Below, piece by piece: positions 1 through 15,045 of a stretch of 64,000 nucleotides of DNA. This DNA comes from Mytilus edulis (Eukaryota). The position numbers were made by a program, and so were the translations under genes. The notes under the pieces were generated by a model. It ran no database searches. It saw only the letters and a program-made list of their open reading frames with translations, and had not been told where the DNA came from. The stretch lies in assembly GCF_963676685.1 (NCBI RefSeq), contig NC_092351.1:60140001-60204000 (forward strand). Reading direction: 5' to 3'. How positions within the stretch are numbered: position 1 is the first letter of the stretch; each line of letters opens with the position of its first letter.

Positions 1-3000
1 CCCTCCAGCCATTGTAACATGTATTCTTACCAGGAATCATTATAACAGATGTCGAAAGAGTAGTTCTGCAAGAAGCGCAAGGGACGTCCTGGGCATGTGC
101 ATTCGAAGCAAAAAAGTTGCCGTAAAATTCAGCCCCATACATATGCCCATAGTCGGATCCGCTTGTCTTTACATAATTTGGATCTGGTGGTAAACATACA
201 TATTCAGCAGCCGAGCCTGTTTCGCCATAGGTACCACCAGCGGCATACCCTGTGAAAACAAACATATACACCAAATCATAACACGAATGAATGACTCAGG
301 AAAAGTATAATTTAATAAAAAAAAAATTGAGTCGTTTAAAAAAGTTCAATATTCATTCTTAAATTCCAAGAGTGTTTGACATATCTATGACTTTATGGTC
401 AGTTTTCACCGGAATGTTACATCATTCTGATGCATTTTTTTTTATAATTTTCACTCACAAGAATCGACATTATCATATGCATTCGAATGAAGACAGTTGC
501 AAAACAAAATCAATAAATAATCGAAGAGTGAAAATCTTTGTAAGGCTATCTTTGTTTAGGGTAGGAACAATGGTTTTTAATTTAGATTGATTTTAATGTT
601 TCATGAACTGCCATTTAACAGAAATGTAATGCCAGCACTCCTGTGTTAAACTAAGTAGGTGAAATAAGAGAGAAAACTTAAAATGCAAAGGATACACTAA
701 ACCAATCGGATTAAATAAATCTGTTTGTTTTATATTAGTTAAAAGAATATAACACAATGTTGCCTGCTGTACCATTTTTTTTATTTAGATTTGTACCTAT
801 TATGTTTGTTTCTTTTGTTCACACTTTGTTGTCAATATAATGCGATTTTATGCGACTGTCATACAAATGAGAGGATTAGCTAGCTATAAAACGAGATTTA
901 AGTCAAAACATGACAGTTGATCTCCATTCATGCGATGTGTTTGAGATTTTGATTTCGCCATTTGATTAGGGACCTTCTTTTTGGAGTTTTTCCCAGTGCG
1001 TAGTATATTTGTTATTTACCTTTTTTATACCAATTTAAAAAATAACAACGAAATGACAAAAATCAGTCTTCAAATATATCATGTAAAAATTAAAGACGGA
1101 CTTCCATGTTAGGATAGAACTTTAATCATCGAAGCCAAACAAAGAAGCACCTTTAGCATTTTGAATATTGCACAGCAGGAGAAAAACTTTATAAAATCAT
1201 ATTCTTACAATTTTTAACAGCGATACTTTTTTTAAATATTTACCTGAATAAACCAATTCTGTATTATTATTTGGACACTGCTTTCTTCCCCATCTTATAT
1301 ATGTCGTTCCAATACCTGAAAAACAATATATATATATTATATACTACTCGTCCAATGTCAAATACACGACTTACAGAAATATCGATAGATTACGTCTACA
1401 TTATACTTAATTAATGTTCAATTATTATATACTGAATAGAAGAAATAAAGTAAGCTAACCAACAAACTTTGAAAGAATGTCACGAACTTCAAAAAGGGTG
1501 TATTTGTAAATCCATGTTTCAACTTTGCGCACGCGTCTAATCAAACGACAACCACTGAATAACAGGCTTCTGACTTGGGACAGGTATATTCAAAATGTGG
1601 CGGAGTAAAACAAGTCAAACATCTGGGACAGTTGTGTAATAGTAGTACATAAGAACAGACTATAAAAATCAGTTGAAAAGTGCTTAACTGGTAAGATTGG
1701 TACAAAGAAGAAGCACATGTAACAAAAAAAAACAGTGTGGACGTGACAAGATACCTCTACACCCTCACAGCAAAAATACACTAAGTACATATCTGAGAGT
1801 ACTCGCAGTTACTTACACCTAGTTCAAAGCCAACAACAACTAATAAAAAAAATCGTATATCTAAACTGAAATATCGATCAGTTCACATCCAACATCCAAT
1901 GGATTTAGTGTATTACCAGTATGAGAAATGTAGTGGTATCGACAGATTTCAGAGACATGAATGTTCATATGTACATGTATAATGGTAATTTTAGTTTGAT
2001 TTTTAATTCACTAATTATGTAATCAATATCAATACCAATAAAAAAATATTCAAAGACCTAATTAAAGTTTTGAATTTGTCACCTTTCAGAATAAGTTTCA
2101 TTAAAGGATCGATAAATTTACCCAGATTGTATCTAAATTTCCAAGCTCGGTAAACAACATCTCCATTAAAATTACGATACGATATCCCTCTATAAATACA
2201 ACCAACTTCCAAACGAAATCTTTAGATCTAATGCAGAATTTGGTAAATGTTTTAAGTAGTTTGTGGTATCGAACTCCTTGACTAAATACTATACAATTTT
2301 CATATACATTACGGTCATCGAAATTCAAAATGTCACAACAGACACGGGCAAAGCGAAAGAGTTCAATTATATAAACATCGTACGAAATCATACATTTTGA
2401 TACATATTATAGTATATCATAGTGTACAGTTTCCCCTGTAAAGCTGATGTGTCGAAGTCGAGGAAAGGACAGCTATTCCCGTTTATATTTGATTCACCTT
2501 AAGTGAGTTCCTTTCAATAAATTTCGGCAGTATATTAAAAAATTCTTGATTATCGAATGAAAATATCATCACGTAGCGATAAGTGTTAGTTCGACATTTG
2601 ACCACGTTAAAGTTTTGATTAAATGATAATGCACATTAATTTAACACATATTGAAGGATGTACATGCTGAGACAAGACATGTTGAACCCAATGAAGCGGA
2701 TTAAACCGCATTACCAATGTTCGGGCGGAGCTTACGTTTTAATTTGCATAAGGACAGTCCAGAAGAAGATGTGTGTGATAAAGATGATGGCCGTTATATT
2801 TATAATTATAATTGATTTCTAATCACCTATCAGTGTAACCGAACGGATATACAAATAAACTGAGTGTATGATATAATCTTAAATAAGCGAACCGTTTAAA
2901 CCATGTCAAGTCAAGTGAACTAAATCAAGTCATATGATCATTAAAAAGACCCATAATGATCAATTTAAGAATATCAAATATTTACAATACAGTCTTACTT

Positions 3001-3284
3001 TTAATGCTGTTAAACGAGCTTTGAAGTAGTTTTATTGTCTGTTCCTGTTGTTGGATTGAAGTCTCCTGTTGCTGAATGATTATATCTTGTTGCTGATTTG
3101 TTAATATCTGTTGGTGGTTTTCAGAAGTTAGCTGTCTAACTGTAGCATTCAGTATCGACACGACACTTTCCATTCGGTTGAGCCGATTATTCATAACATC
3201 TTGGTCATTGAGCAATAATCTCTTTTCTTCTGTGGTAACCAGGTCAACCTTAAAACAAAGAAAATATATCAGCCACAATATCAT
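1..3284 (-). CDS. Secreted coiled-coil + short-chain collagen C4-like (NC1-related) protein, copy A; exons 3284-2999, 1315-1244, 249-<1 (3' end outside window)
   Basis: Exon1 MILWLIYFLCFKVDLVTT-EEKRLLLND...QQQ heptads (286 nt, phase 1, donor GTAAGA). Exon2 is 72 nt, (S)IGTTYIRWGRKQCPNNNTELVYSG, with AG/GT ends. Exon3 GYAAGGTYGETGSAAEYVCLPPDPNYVKTSG...VPCASC...VIMIPGKNTCY is open to the window edge. Phases are consistent. Family name is from recognition of the TYIRWG/YVCLP/VPCALC/IPGK-C motif set. Confidence 0.85.
2030..2720 (-). mobile_element. Degenerate Penelope-like RT fragment in intron 1 of copy A
   Basis: SYDVYIIELFRFARVC...QGVRYHKLLKTFTKF homologous to the 27465-28145 ORF; multiple frameshifts. 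Confidence 0.6.
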
Positions 3285-3871
3285 ACTTGAACGTATCTCG
3301 TGTGCTATGAATAAACGATTTGACGCATATTGATTCTTATCAATATAGTGTTAAGGAGGTCAAATAGACGAAGATTATCATCAAGTTTACATGCATATGC
3401 CAAACGGTGCATTTAAAAATCACGACCTGGATATGGTCATTACTAAGAGGACATCTTCCTTTCAACATAATACTTAATTGGAATTTTAGGTATATAATAT
3501 ATAAAGAAATAAGCACGACCTTTATATTTCAAAGGACAAGTACAACAAAAAAGGAAACAGCCTTTCTATTAAAAAAATTAAGAAGTTTGCATAAAACTGT
3601 ATTTACTTTGCAAAACATAAAAGGTAACAATTTTCACAGAATTTTTTTTTTCTACGAGATAGATTCGTTGACATGTTACCGTTGACACACATTAACTGTC
3701 AAGTCTTAATGAATGTGTTTGGAACATTCGACTGTGGTATTCTTAGCCTGCAACTAACCCGATGTCCCATTCATAATATGGGGAATGTGGGTGGAATTTC
3801 ATTGAGAAATATTTTTTCCAAATCCCGTAAATTTGTTTCTGTTAAAAACCCTCATAAAGCTCACATAAACT

Positions 3872-4050
3872 ATTGGGCTAAGCGGGCAAATCTTATCATT
3901 TGCTTCCCATGTCAGTCGCGTTGTCGTGCGTCGTCGGCGTTCGTAAACAGCTACAAAGATCTTCTCCTCTGAAACTACTTGTTCGAATTTAACCAAACTT
4001 GGCCACAATCGTTTTTGTGTATTTAGTATTATAAGATGTGTCCAATGACC
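3872..4050 (+). mobile_element. Degenerate 5' fragment of the same HINE-like family
   Basis: gtcgtgcgtcgtcggcgt microsatellite followed by tcttctcctctgaaactac...aaccaaacttggccacaatc, matching 20120-20220 (reverse complement). Confidence 0.55.
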
Positions 4051-4697
4051 CCACCTAAATACCATATGTTCGGAAAGTCGGTAAGACAAATTCGTAACAT
4101 AGTGTGAAAGTGACCTAATACGATATATATGGGGACAGTAAATTCCTTATGGGGATTCGAGCTTCGCTTTTAGTTTGTAATCCGGATTTGTATTTTCCCA
4201 ATCGATTTATGAATTTTTAACAGCGGTATACTACTATTGCCTTTATTTAACCCATATGGAATTTACTGAACCCGTATATATCATATCAGGTCACTAGCAC
4301 ACAATGCTACTAATAATATTGAGGTACATTAAGAACCTTATAATCCGGTTTGGATGAGATCATAACTTTACGACAAAAGAGGATTTGTTTTCTTTTTTAT
4401 TGTTATCTTAACATTTCTATTATAACATTCGCACAGCATATGGAATGCATCTCTCCAATTTGATAAAGTATTGAACGTGTGCGTTTCCTATCATCATTTT
4501 TCGTGTGGAGTTTGCTAATAACAAGCTTCTTGTTAGTAAATGTTTAGTCATCATTAGGAGCGTTGTATAGACGCAGTCATAATTTGTTTGGTCGTTATTA
4601 AACATCTATGTCACAGATTACCAAGTAAGGAACTATAACCTTATTTAACATCCTGTCCCTTTTTCTTCGATACTTTCACTGGATTTGTGACATAAAC

Positions 4698-4832
4698 CAG
4701 TAGCGGATCCAGAACTTTTCGTAAGGGGGAGCCCGCTGACTGACATAAGGGGGCCGCTCCTGTCATAATTCAGGGATTCCAATATAATCAATCAAATTGT
4801 TCCCACCAAAGTGCCCCCTGGATCCGCCTATG
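4698..4832. mobile_element. Small GC-rich MITE (related TIR family)
   Basis: CAGTAGCGGATCCAG ... CTGGATCCGCCTATG. Confidence 0.6.
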
Positions 4833-5567
4833 TAAAAAACTGATCAGACTAATTGAAACATGCTGGCTCCCTTGAGCATCACTACGGATACCAAGTGTGG
4901 AGCTTGAGCTGCTTACCCTTCCAGAGCACCCGCAATGACCTCGGTTTTTGGGGGGGATTGGTGATGTTCATTGCATTGTATCTTTGAGATACAAACTATT
5001 TAATAAAACATGCACACAAAAAAACATTATACAGCTCATTATATGACCAACCACAAAACGATTAATACAACAATTGTGAGTTTTTTGTTCCACTTTTACG
5101 TTGTAAAATATTTTTAACTAAGAACGTTTGAAAACTGCCCATTCGTTGCATATGGTTGTATGCAGCATGCGTAAGGAAGTTGTGCCACGAAATCAAACAA
5201 CAGACTAAACCTCAACCGTTTGTTCTACTCAAGGTAACTTATACTTCAACTGTGTAAAAACAATTATGAGTAGTAGTATAGATAGCTAGTCATTTCTGAA
5301 CATTTCGTACCATTGCTATTTCGTACTATGACCATTAATCATGTCATACCATATGGAAAAATCATACTTGGTACATAAAATTATTCCGTTTAAAATATTC
5401 ATAATCTATATCATTTATAAAAAGTCAGCATGATTTTTTTTTGTTACTATTGTTGATAAGTGTCTTTCTTTAAAACGAATTAGACAAGGTATGCCGGCTC
5501 ATGATTAAAGGGACTTCATGAACTGAAGCCAAATAATTTAAAACAAACTCCGAACCTTTTCTTTTTA

Positions 5568-8500
5568 TTATTTTGAACAGACCACACATGTTAGTGGATA
5601 ATTGTTTATGTACGGTGGACATTTCAGAGACCCGCATTTCGTAAGAACTTCAAAGAACAATTTACCAAGATGTTGATCCACACCTCCAATAATATATTCT
5701 GGATTTATATCAACGCATACGAAAGCCGAAGCAGCGGCATTACTATAACCTCCTGAGGCAAGATATCCATGGTATTCTTCCTTCCATCCACTGTAACATT
5801 TGTTCTTACCAGGAATCATTATAACAGATGAAGCACGATCAGTTCTACATAGGGCACATGGAACATCCTCGTCATTAGCATTGGAAGCAAAAAAATTTGA
5901 ATCGAATTCTGCACCGTACATACGACCATAGTCTAACCCGCTGGTTTTTACATAATTTGGATCCGGTGGTAAACATACATATTCCGCCGCCGAACCTGGA
6001 TTATTATAGTGACCACCTCCTGTATATCCTGTGAAAAATATATATTGTGTCAATTCTAAAAATATGTTTATTTGATTCTTGTATTCACGGAATAATCGAA
6101 ACGGGGGATTCGGGAGTCTGATATAAACAGACTAACTATGATGAAAAGTAATGAAAATGCTTTTTTCAAAACAGCACACAAAAAACTAAAGACTGAGCAA
6201 CACGAACCGTATGATAACGGCTATAATTGCATAATGATAGAAAACCTTCCGAATTATTTTTATTGTCTGGCAGCATAGTTACGATAAGATATGTCATGTC
6301 AGCATACACATGTTTGCTTCAGGCCTGATAATATTCTTACAACATTCTTCAGAAGACATCGAGTCTGTTTGATTCGCATTTGACAAAATACATTTCAGTC
6401 AAAAATACGATTGGCGATAAATGCGCCCTTTTTCAAATTATCAAAATTCATAAAGAGTTCCTAATATAACCATCTGTCTCGCCTGCCTTTGCTGCTATGT
6501 ATTTAAATGTGTTATTTTTACTTCCAAAAAAAGAATCCATTTGTCAGTAAAAGCCAGGAAATGTTTATAAAACATCATGCAATCGAGTTAGACTGACAAT
6601 TTTGACGAACTTGAATAAAAGAAATCATTGAAAATTTGAGCGAGACAACGATAAATATTGGGAAACAAAGTCAACGACGAGGTTAAGGGCTTTAATCAAC
6701 GAATTTAATCAAACCTCACCCAAATTTACGTAACAAGTTAAAGAGTATAATTGGAGCTTACAATTACTTGTTTCAGAGATACGATGAAATTAATGAGATT
6801 GTAAGACAGCAGTCGTATTCCCGTTAAATCAATTTTGATTTTCAAAACGTAGTATAAGATTAGTGCGGAAAATGAACTGTTATGCATGTTATATGAGAAT
6901 AATGCCTTATACATGTTATAACCGAATGTGGTCAACCGAGAGGATAGAAAGGATCATGACAGAATAAAACGGACGAATGACAAAACAAAATGATAAAAAA
7001 ACAACAACAATGGAAACTGCTACAACTAGAGTCCAAACTGTAATGTATACATTACACCAATTATTACCAAATAGTGGTCAATTGTTTATCAATTTAACAA
7101 AAGTATATCAATCGATAACATTGAAAGTCTACCAATTTGAATACTGAAGAGAAGTTAAAACTTGGTCTTTTTTTTGTAAACGTGAATTAAGAAGGGGATT
7201 GCCATAGCTCAAAACTTGAGCGTACTTTCTGTTATAGTTAATTGTCTCTGGTCTAGCAGATGACATTATAAAAGGATTTTGGTTTGTTGCAAACATGAAA
7301 ATGCCTAGAAACTGTTTTGTCGTTGATATACCAAAGGTGTTTTATTCTAATTTTGGCCATCTTTAAAAGCGTGTGATAAATTGAAAGGAACTATCATAAA
7401 TATTTACCAGAATAAACCAATTCTGTATCATTATGTGGGCACTGCTTTCTTCCCCATCTTATATAAGTAGTTCCACGACCTGATAAATACATATAAAAAA
7501 TTGTGATAAAATGTCTTTATGACAAGTTGGTTACAACAATGAAAACATACTGAAGTATTCATCATTCTGGGTGTTTAATCAATACAAGAGGAGAACTGAG
7601 CATGGTTGGTAAGCAGATAACATGAAGCAAACGCTCACATCAGTTAAAAACTTTATAAGATTATTTATAATCAAATTAAATAGGTAATTTCTGTCTTGTG
7701 TAAAATATCTGTCTTGCGTATGCTAACTACAAAATGATAACAAATTTAGACATTCGGAACATTTGAAACAACTAAGGTTCGCAGTTGGTTGGTTAATCTG
7801 TCTACCAACATGGTCTGTCAAAATTCAATCAGTCGGAGCTCAGAATATTATAATGATTATTCTCAGTTCAAATTTGTCAATTTCAGTTTACAGTTTTCCC
7901 TAAAATAATTCCTTCAGATAAACGTTTTTACATGAACTAAAGAAATATCAACACTTCCGGGGTAGTCGTTAGCTGCTCCGTTATATATTTTTTTTCATTA
8001 ATTGTTTTGTCATGAATAAGGTCTCGCTTGAATTGAGTCATATTTCGTATTTTTAGCCTCGATAAGATGTGGTTTGCTCATAGTTGTAGGCCGTATGGTG
8101 CATGATCAATATTTGTTTACATAATTTGTACTCTTGAGGATAATTATCTGATTTGAAAGCATACTACAACTTTTATTTTGTATACAAACATGTTTACTTA
8201 TCATTGTTCAAATGTTAATTTCCTACCCGACCAAAGAGTAAAAAACACCCCAAGGCCACCAATAGGTTTTCAACACAACGATAAAATCTCTATTACAATA
8301 CGTATGTAACATTTTGACAGTAAAAACAAGCAAGCACTCCAAATTCTTAATACAACCATTGTGAAATTAGCTCTTTAAGGGGTATTGGCTCTCAAATTCA
8401 TGTTCATCGATTTCACTCAAATTTTCATATTTGATTTATAACATAGTACTCAAAAGTAGATCCAAATTTATAAAAAAAGTTTAAAATAAACAATTCAGAT

Positions 8501-9805
8501 CATGGGATCAATAATAGGTATCATAGTTTCGTTCGTATTTTGGTCTAGACGCCATCTTATTAACTATCGAGTTGATCTCCGAATACTGTCTGTTTAATTT
8601 CTTATAATAGATATAATAGATAAAAATATATGTTAATCATCGTTTTCAACGTTTTAAGAATGAATTTTTGTGGATAAAATCAATCCATCAAATGATTTTC
8701 CTTTGTTTTATTTTCAATGTTGACAGTCTTTTCCTTTTAATATTAAAACACGCATAATTAATGCGTTATCTTTCTCTATCTAAGGAGTTAAATCGAAGGT
8801 CACATCAATACGGAATCAATGAGGTCGATTTGTTCACTGGTCATGTTTATTTAGGTAAAACAATCGTCTATGTGCCATTTCTTAAATATCTAGAAGCAAT
8901 TAACACTTTTCATGACAAAATCGTAAAATGATTCACCGATTGCCTGTTTTAAGGAAGGGTTTAGTAAATGTTGATTCCAAAATGGATGTATCTCTTGGTT
9001 GCCATTACGCGAGTTTATCTTCAGAATGCAACCTTACCATTTACAATTAAAACTAGTGAATCATTAAATGGCAGTCACATGTTATGATTATATTTCATTC
9101 GTTTCAGATCCAATTCAAACGAAATGTGCATAAATGTTACATCATAATGTGAAACTTCAAGTTCAACTCCTACTTGAACTGGTAAACCTATCCAGATTAA
9201 CCATTTCGTCATGTTCGTTATAACAAGGCCGAATTATATTTTTATTCTTTACTTTCAATACTTGTTGATGTTTGATAATTTGGTTATGTGTAAGCAATTA
9301 AGCAATGCATTTTCTTGCAGTATGCTTTCATCTCCGGATCTTGACATGAAGCTAAATGACGGGTGTAACGATAATTTTTGGCTCTTTCTGAACATATGAT
9401 TTATTTCCAAACTGTTTGAATGGGTCATGTTGGTCGATAAGTGTTTTGAAAAATATCATGCGAAATTTAAGAAATAAAGAATAATATAAAAGTCTTACTT
9501 TTAATGCTGTTTTCTGAGCTTTGCATAAGTTTAATTGTCTGTTCCTGTTGTTGGGTTAATGTTTGTTGTTGTTGGATTGAAGTCTGCTGTTGTTGAATCA
9601 TATTCTCTTGCTTCTGAATAGTAACTGCCTGTTGTAGGTTGTCAGTAGTTAGCTGTTTTACTGTAGCATTCAGTACCGCCATGACACTTTCTAGTCGATT
9701 CAACCTATTCACCAACACATCTTGGTCATTCAGCAGTAACCTCTTCTCTTCTGTGGTGACCAAATTGACCTTAAAACAAAGAAAATATATTAACCACACA
9801 ATCAT
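5568..9805 (-). CDS. Secreted coiled-coil + short-chain collagen C4-like protein, copy B (279 aa); exons 9805-9499, 7479-7408, 6028-5568
   Basis: 307+72+461 nt = 840 nt open frame with canonical GT-AG introns, both phase 1. Signal peptide MIVWLIYFLCFKVNLVTT; exon2 SRGTTYIRWGRKQCPHNDTELVYSG; exon3 ends CGSLKCPPYINNYPLTCVVCSK*. Confidence 0.9.
8379..9210. mobile_element. One-ended TTAA-GGGG (Kolobok-like) non-autonomous element in intron 1 of copy B
   Basis: TTAA|GGGGTATTGGCT left end; matching right TIR not found, so the right boundary is approximate. Confidence 0.35.
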
Positions 9806-10947
9806 ACTATAATGCCTGTCGTGTGCTATGAAGAAACGATTTGACACAGATCTTATCAATCAAGTGTTAGATAAGGTCACAAAGGGTATCAAAATTGCAA
9901 CATGGATATGGAAAAATGGCACGCTTGAAAATAAAGTGTATATAGCTGAATTAAAAGGGTATCTTCCTTTCGACAAACTCATTAATTGTCTATAATGGTA
10001 TAAACGAATGTCATTTTCATTGGCAAACTGATTTTCATTTGATTCATATTTATACAAAACAGAAACTAAAAATCGTTGAAAGCGTATGTATATCAAGTAT
10101 ATGATATTTGGGTTAATATTCCTAAAGCGCCTCCAATTTAGGAACACAAAAGTTATGTGTAAACAAAAAATCTCTATTTTTAACAAGTGACCGAGCTTAA
10201 CCATTTGTGTTGATCTGGAAAGTAGAGGACCATAGAATAAATGTGTAAAAACTATGGAATTATTAAAAGTATTTAAAGCATTAAATTTTCAAAGAAATTA
10301 TTGTGTGAAAAAAGGATTTTGTTACCATGAACATCCGCATCACAAAAGGATTTTCGGGGTATGGTAATTTACGGGAAAACGAATCACCATTGGTATCCCG
10401 AAAATTTTCACCACATATGTAAAAATGTCTCATCTTCAAAACGAGCCATCATACATATCCAAGTTTACGATATGGACTGAGCTAGAGAAGAAAACGTTAC
10501 CATTACGACCTATGTAAAAACAATTGCGCATATTGTCCCATAAGAATATTATCGTGTTTTACCAATTTCAAAGGAATAATACAACCATAAATACACAACT
10601 GTTTCGATGGAAACACTAATGTAAAACGTTAAAGTTTATCACAACATATTTTTCACTAAGAAATAAACTCGTTAACATGTTAATGTTGAAGAAGAATACA
10701 TGTCCCGTCTTAGAGTATGGAACTGGAAATTTGTCTGTCATTCCCAAAACCTTGTATGACATGCGACTGTCCCAATACCAATCCATGATGAGGGAAATAA
10801 GGATTGCACCGCACCCCATTCTTTGGGAAATATTTGTTGATAAAATCCCATAATAAAACAAAATTTGTTAGGATCCATTCTTTTCTTAGTAGAATCATAT
10901 AACACTTTTTTAATTTCTAAATTTGCAACTGAGTTCCGCCCAAGGCA

Positions 10948-11530
10948 CTTTATAAAAGAGGGACGAAGATACCAAAGGGACATTCAAACTCATAAATCTA
11001 AAACAAACTGACAAGGCCATGGCTAAAAATGAAAAAGACAAACAGAAAAACAATAGTACACATGACACAACATAGAAAACTAAAGAATAAACAACACGAA
11101 CCCCACCAAAAACTAGGGGTGATCTCAGGTGCTCCGGAAGGGTAAGGAGATCCTGCTCCACATGTGGCACCCGTCGTGTTGCTTATGTGATTACAAATCC
11201 GGTAAATAGTCTAATTCGGAAGGTCACATTCATGAAAGGGAAGGGGATTGTAGTTACGACGTAAGGAACATATCCGATATCATTTGTGAAACGGTTATTC
11301 CATAACGGTCAACCAACTTGTGATGGCGTCCGTAAAATTTACGAAGGAATGATTTCAACTTCACCATTTGGAACTCTTGGTTTAATAGCTTCCTTGTGAG
11401 CAGTAACCCTCTATCAAGAAAATCATGATAGGAAATGCAAGCACGGGAATATCGTATCAATTGGGAGATATATACCCCGTATGCAGGTGCTGCTGGAATG
11501 TTGCTACTTAGAAATGGGAAGTTCGTGGTT
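10948..11530 (-). mobile_element. 3' fragment of a second Penelope-like RT element family
   Basis: Translates PAYGVYISQLIRYSRAC...DRGLLLTRKLLNQ...RKFYGRHH.LVDRY, followed by a conserved 3' region. Confidence 0.65.
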
Positions 11531-13239
11531 TCAGAACAACAAGTACATATCCCTAAAACAAATTTTGAGAGAAATATATAAGAATAAGATATGCAAGAGA
11601 AAGGTCAAACTTCATACTGTATTTAGTCTTTTAACCTGTTTGATTCGAGCGACGCTGATGAGTGTTATGTAAACGAACTGCGCGTTTGGAGTACACTATT
11701 TTTTGGTGGTATTTTTAATTATGTTTTTTTTTTAATTTCGCTTTAACACTAGAAGGCTTATCAATCTATACAATACAAGTTTCTCTTATTTAGAAAATAT
11801 TTTTTTGTTTAATATTAACAGTATTGACATAATACCGATTAACTTTCTATATGAGCACGTAAAACATTAGTTTCCGATATCCACACTGTCTGTTAATTGT
11901 ATGAATGGTGTTAAAATTCTAAACACAATTCCAAAATACATTGTGAATTGTTTGCGCACTTATTTTAACATGTTAAATCCGTAACACGTTTTGATTGGAG
12001 AAGTTTTTATGATTGTGTCATGTGTGTTGAAGATCATGTTTACCTTAGAAATTCTAGAAGTTTTTTGAAATTCATTTAATTAAAATACACATCCTATAAC
12101 TAAATAAAAAAACACATTCAGAAATATTTACTTGGAAGATTTTAGTGTTTAAGTTCTTAAATGTTTAATTATTTAAAAAAAATAAATACATTCAGAAATG
12201 TTTATTTGGAAGATTTTAGTGTTCAAGTTCTTAAATGTTTAACTATTTAAAAAACAAACACATTTAAACATGTGTATATACAAGACTTGTGTTTACAATT
12301 AAAGTGTTTTCCAAGACATGTTTTACAATTAATGTGTTTCCCTAGAAATGTGTTTAAATAATATTATAATTCTAAACACGAGTTTTCAGGCATGCCATAT
12401 AGAAAATCGCCTGAAAATAAAATATACTTTAAGTAATGGAAAGAAAAACAATTCCTACTACAAAACTTCAAAATCATGTAAAAATATGAGTTTTTTTAAA
12501 GACTAACAATAAGTCAACAGGTATTTGGTAGGAATTTGATAAAGCATTGGTACATTGTTACGGAGATCAAACGTCCTCTTCCACTGAATGATTGTTCATT
12601 GACTTAAACTTTAACTTTAACTTTAATAAAGTTATTTGTTAGGTCAGTTTATTCAGACTCATTACTAAAGGTCAATGATATTTAGTATGCTGTTTTGACA
12701 GAATTGTCATATCTCACTTCTTATGATTATCTGGCCCTGCAGCTTCAGTCGTGTTTCATTGACTTTATATGGTTTGCATACAAAATGCATGATAGAGTAT
12801 TTATTTCAATTTTAACAGCTGCATTTAACTATTAAATGAGAGGTAAAAGATACAAAAGGAACGTTCAAATTCGAAAGTCGAAAAGTAAACTGACAACGCC
12901 ATGGTATAAAAAGAAAGAAGACAACCCGACTAACAGACACGCATACCGCGTCTACTTATTTATAAACAACAGTACACAAAATACAACATATAAAACTAAA
13001 GACTGAGCAACACGAACCTCACTAGCACATAGGGATGTTGAATTAAGACGGAAACCCATCAAAAGATACATTTTAGAAAGATATAACCTTAACACAACAA
13101 TCCAAATTTAATGAACGCGTAAATTTGAATGAGTGAGGATCACCTAACACCAAAATATCAAAAACGTAATAATAACGAAAATAAAAATCGATAAATACGG
13201 TGACATGTCTGTCTTTGTTAACTTAATCTAATCACATCG

Positions 13240-15045
13240 AAGTTGAAATACAGGATATCTCATATACAGTTTAGTTAGCCTCACACATGTACATCTAGAA
13301 ACGTACAATGCGGTTTGGATAAGAACATTTACTTTACGCCAAGAGAGGATTTCATCTTTTTAATTGTTATCTTTCAATTTATATACTACAACATGCACGC
13401 AGCGACTGCAAATGGAATACATTTCTCCAAGTTGATAGAATATTCACTGTGCTTTACCTATTATCATTGTCTCATGCGTGAATTGCTACTTACAAGGAAA
13501 CTATTGAACAAAGGGTATATGTTGGTAATGTTTTAGAAATTCCTTCGAGCGTTTCGGCGCTGTCATATTTTTTTTGATCGTTATTGAACATTTATGTCAT
13601 AGATGACCCCAGATATTAGGCAGATAGGTTGATATTGCAAACTTTCTGATCCCTTTTCCTCGATGACTGTGACAAAACCGGATGACACTATTCACTGAAT
13701 GCTATCTTCTTTGACCCACACTACGGATACCACGTGTGGAGCTGGATCTGCTAATCATCCCATAGCATATGTGATCACTCCGGCTTTTGTTGTGGTTTGT
13801 GTTGCTCAATCTTTATCTATATGTATTGTTTTTTTAAACTGATGTAAAAAAAAAATAGGAACACTACACAAATTTTGAGTTTTCGTTACACCTTGAAAAT
13901 ATGTAAAATATTCTAAAATTAAAAATATTCTAAAACTGTACATTTGTTGCTTATGGTTGTATGCAATACATGTAAGGATATAAAACAACATACAAAATGT
14001 ATCCCTTTTTTCAATTCTGTTAAAAAAAACACACATTTAACAAGACAATAGTTTGTGTCTGGTCTACTTCACTGAAGTTTACCTGGAACCTTATATAAAG
14101 TTTTTTTTTGTATGGAGGAGGAATTTTTCAACAAACAATCGGCAATTCCATGGAAACTAACTATGCACCTCGTCTTGCCGACTTGTTCTTTTATTCATAT
14201 GCGGTTGGTTACATACAATAACTTCTTAGGGAGAAAGAAAGAAATTAGCAGATTTCTTAAACTAAAGTTTCCAATATATAGATGATTTTCTCTCACTAAA
14301 TATTTCAAAATTTTTCGACTGTTTTGAAATCGTCTATCCCATCGAACTAATGGTAAAGGATACAATAGATACAATTAAGTCTGCCTCATACCTTGACTGA
14401 CATCTAGAAATCGACAATGAGGGTCGGTTGTAAACAAAGCTTTACAACGAAAAAGATTACTTCAGCTGACAATTTGTTAACTTTCCATTTCTATGTAGCA
14501 ATATTCCAACAGTGCCTGGATTCGGAGTTTATATCCCCCGTTGATACGAAATTCCAGGGTTTGTATTTCCTATCATATTATAATTTCATTGATAGATGGT
14601 TCCTGCTCACAAGGAAGCTATAAAACCAAAAGTTCCAAGTGGAGAAGATAAAATAATTTCTTCGTGAATTTTACTGACGTCATCACGAATTGGTTTACCG
14701 TTATGGAATACTAGTATTCATTTTACAAATGATAGCGAATGTGTTACCAATGTAATGTCGTAAAATACAATTCTGCCTCCTGTTCCCGAATTTGATCTAC
14801 CGACTTAGACTTATTACCAGGTTTGTACTAACATCTAGAACTGGATCTGTTTACACTTCCGCGGCACCCGAGTTTTGTCCCAGTGTTTGATGAGGTTCAT
14901 CTAACTCAGCCTTAAATTTAATTTTTTATGTTATATTTTGTGTACTATTGTTGTCTGTTTGTTTTTATCATTTTAGTCATGGCTTTGTCAGGTTATTTTC
15001 TATTTGGGAGTTTGAATGTGCCCTGATATCTTCCGCCTCTCTTTT
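13240..15045 (+). mobile_element. Two degenerate plus-strand copies of the same Penelope-like RT family (~13240-13810 and ~14050-15045)
   Basis: IPM.TN.AP.LADLFFYSY, YIDD, YPIEL..KDT.DT.KSASYLD and LLTRKL motifs with many indels; 3' ends match 10948-11160 (reverse complement). Confidence 0.6.

Noticed and set aside
9806-9859. N-terminal extension of copy B given by the ORF track
   Set aside because: Starts at a non-ATG codon within the conserved upstream module; paralogs place the start at the ATG equivalent to 9805.
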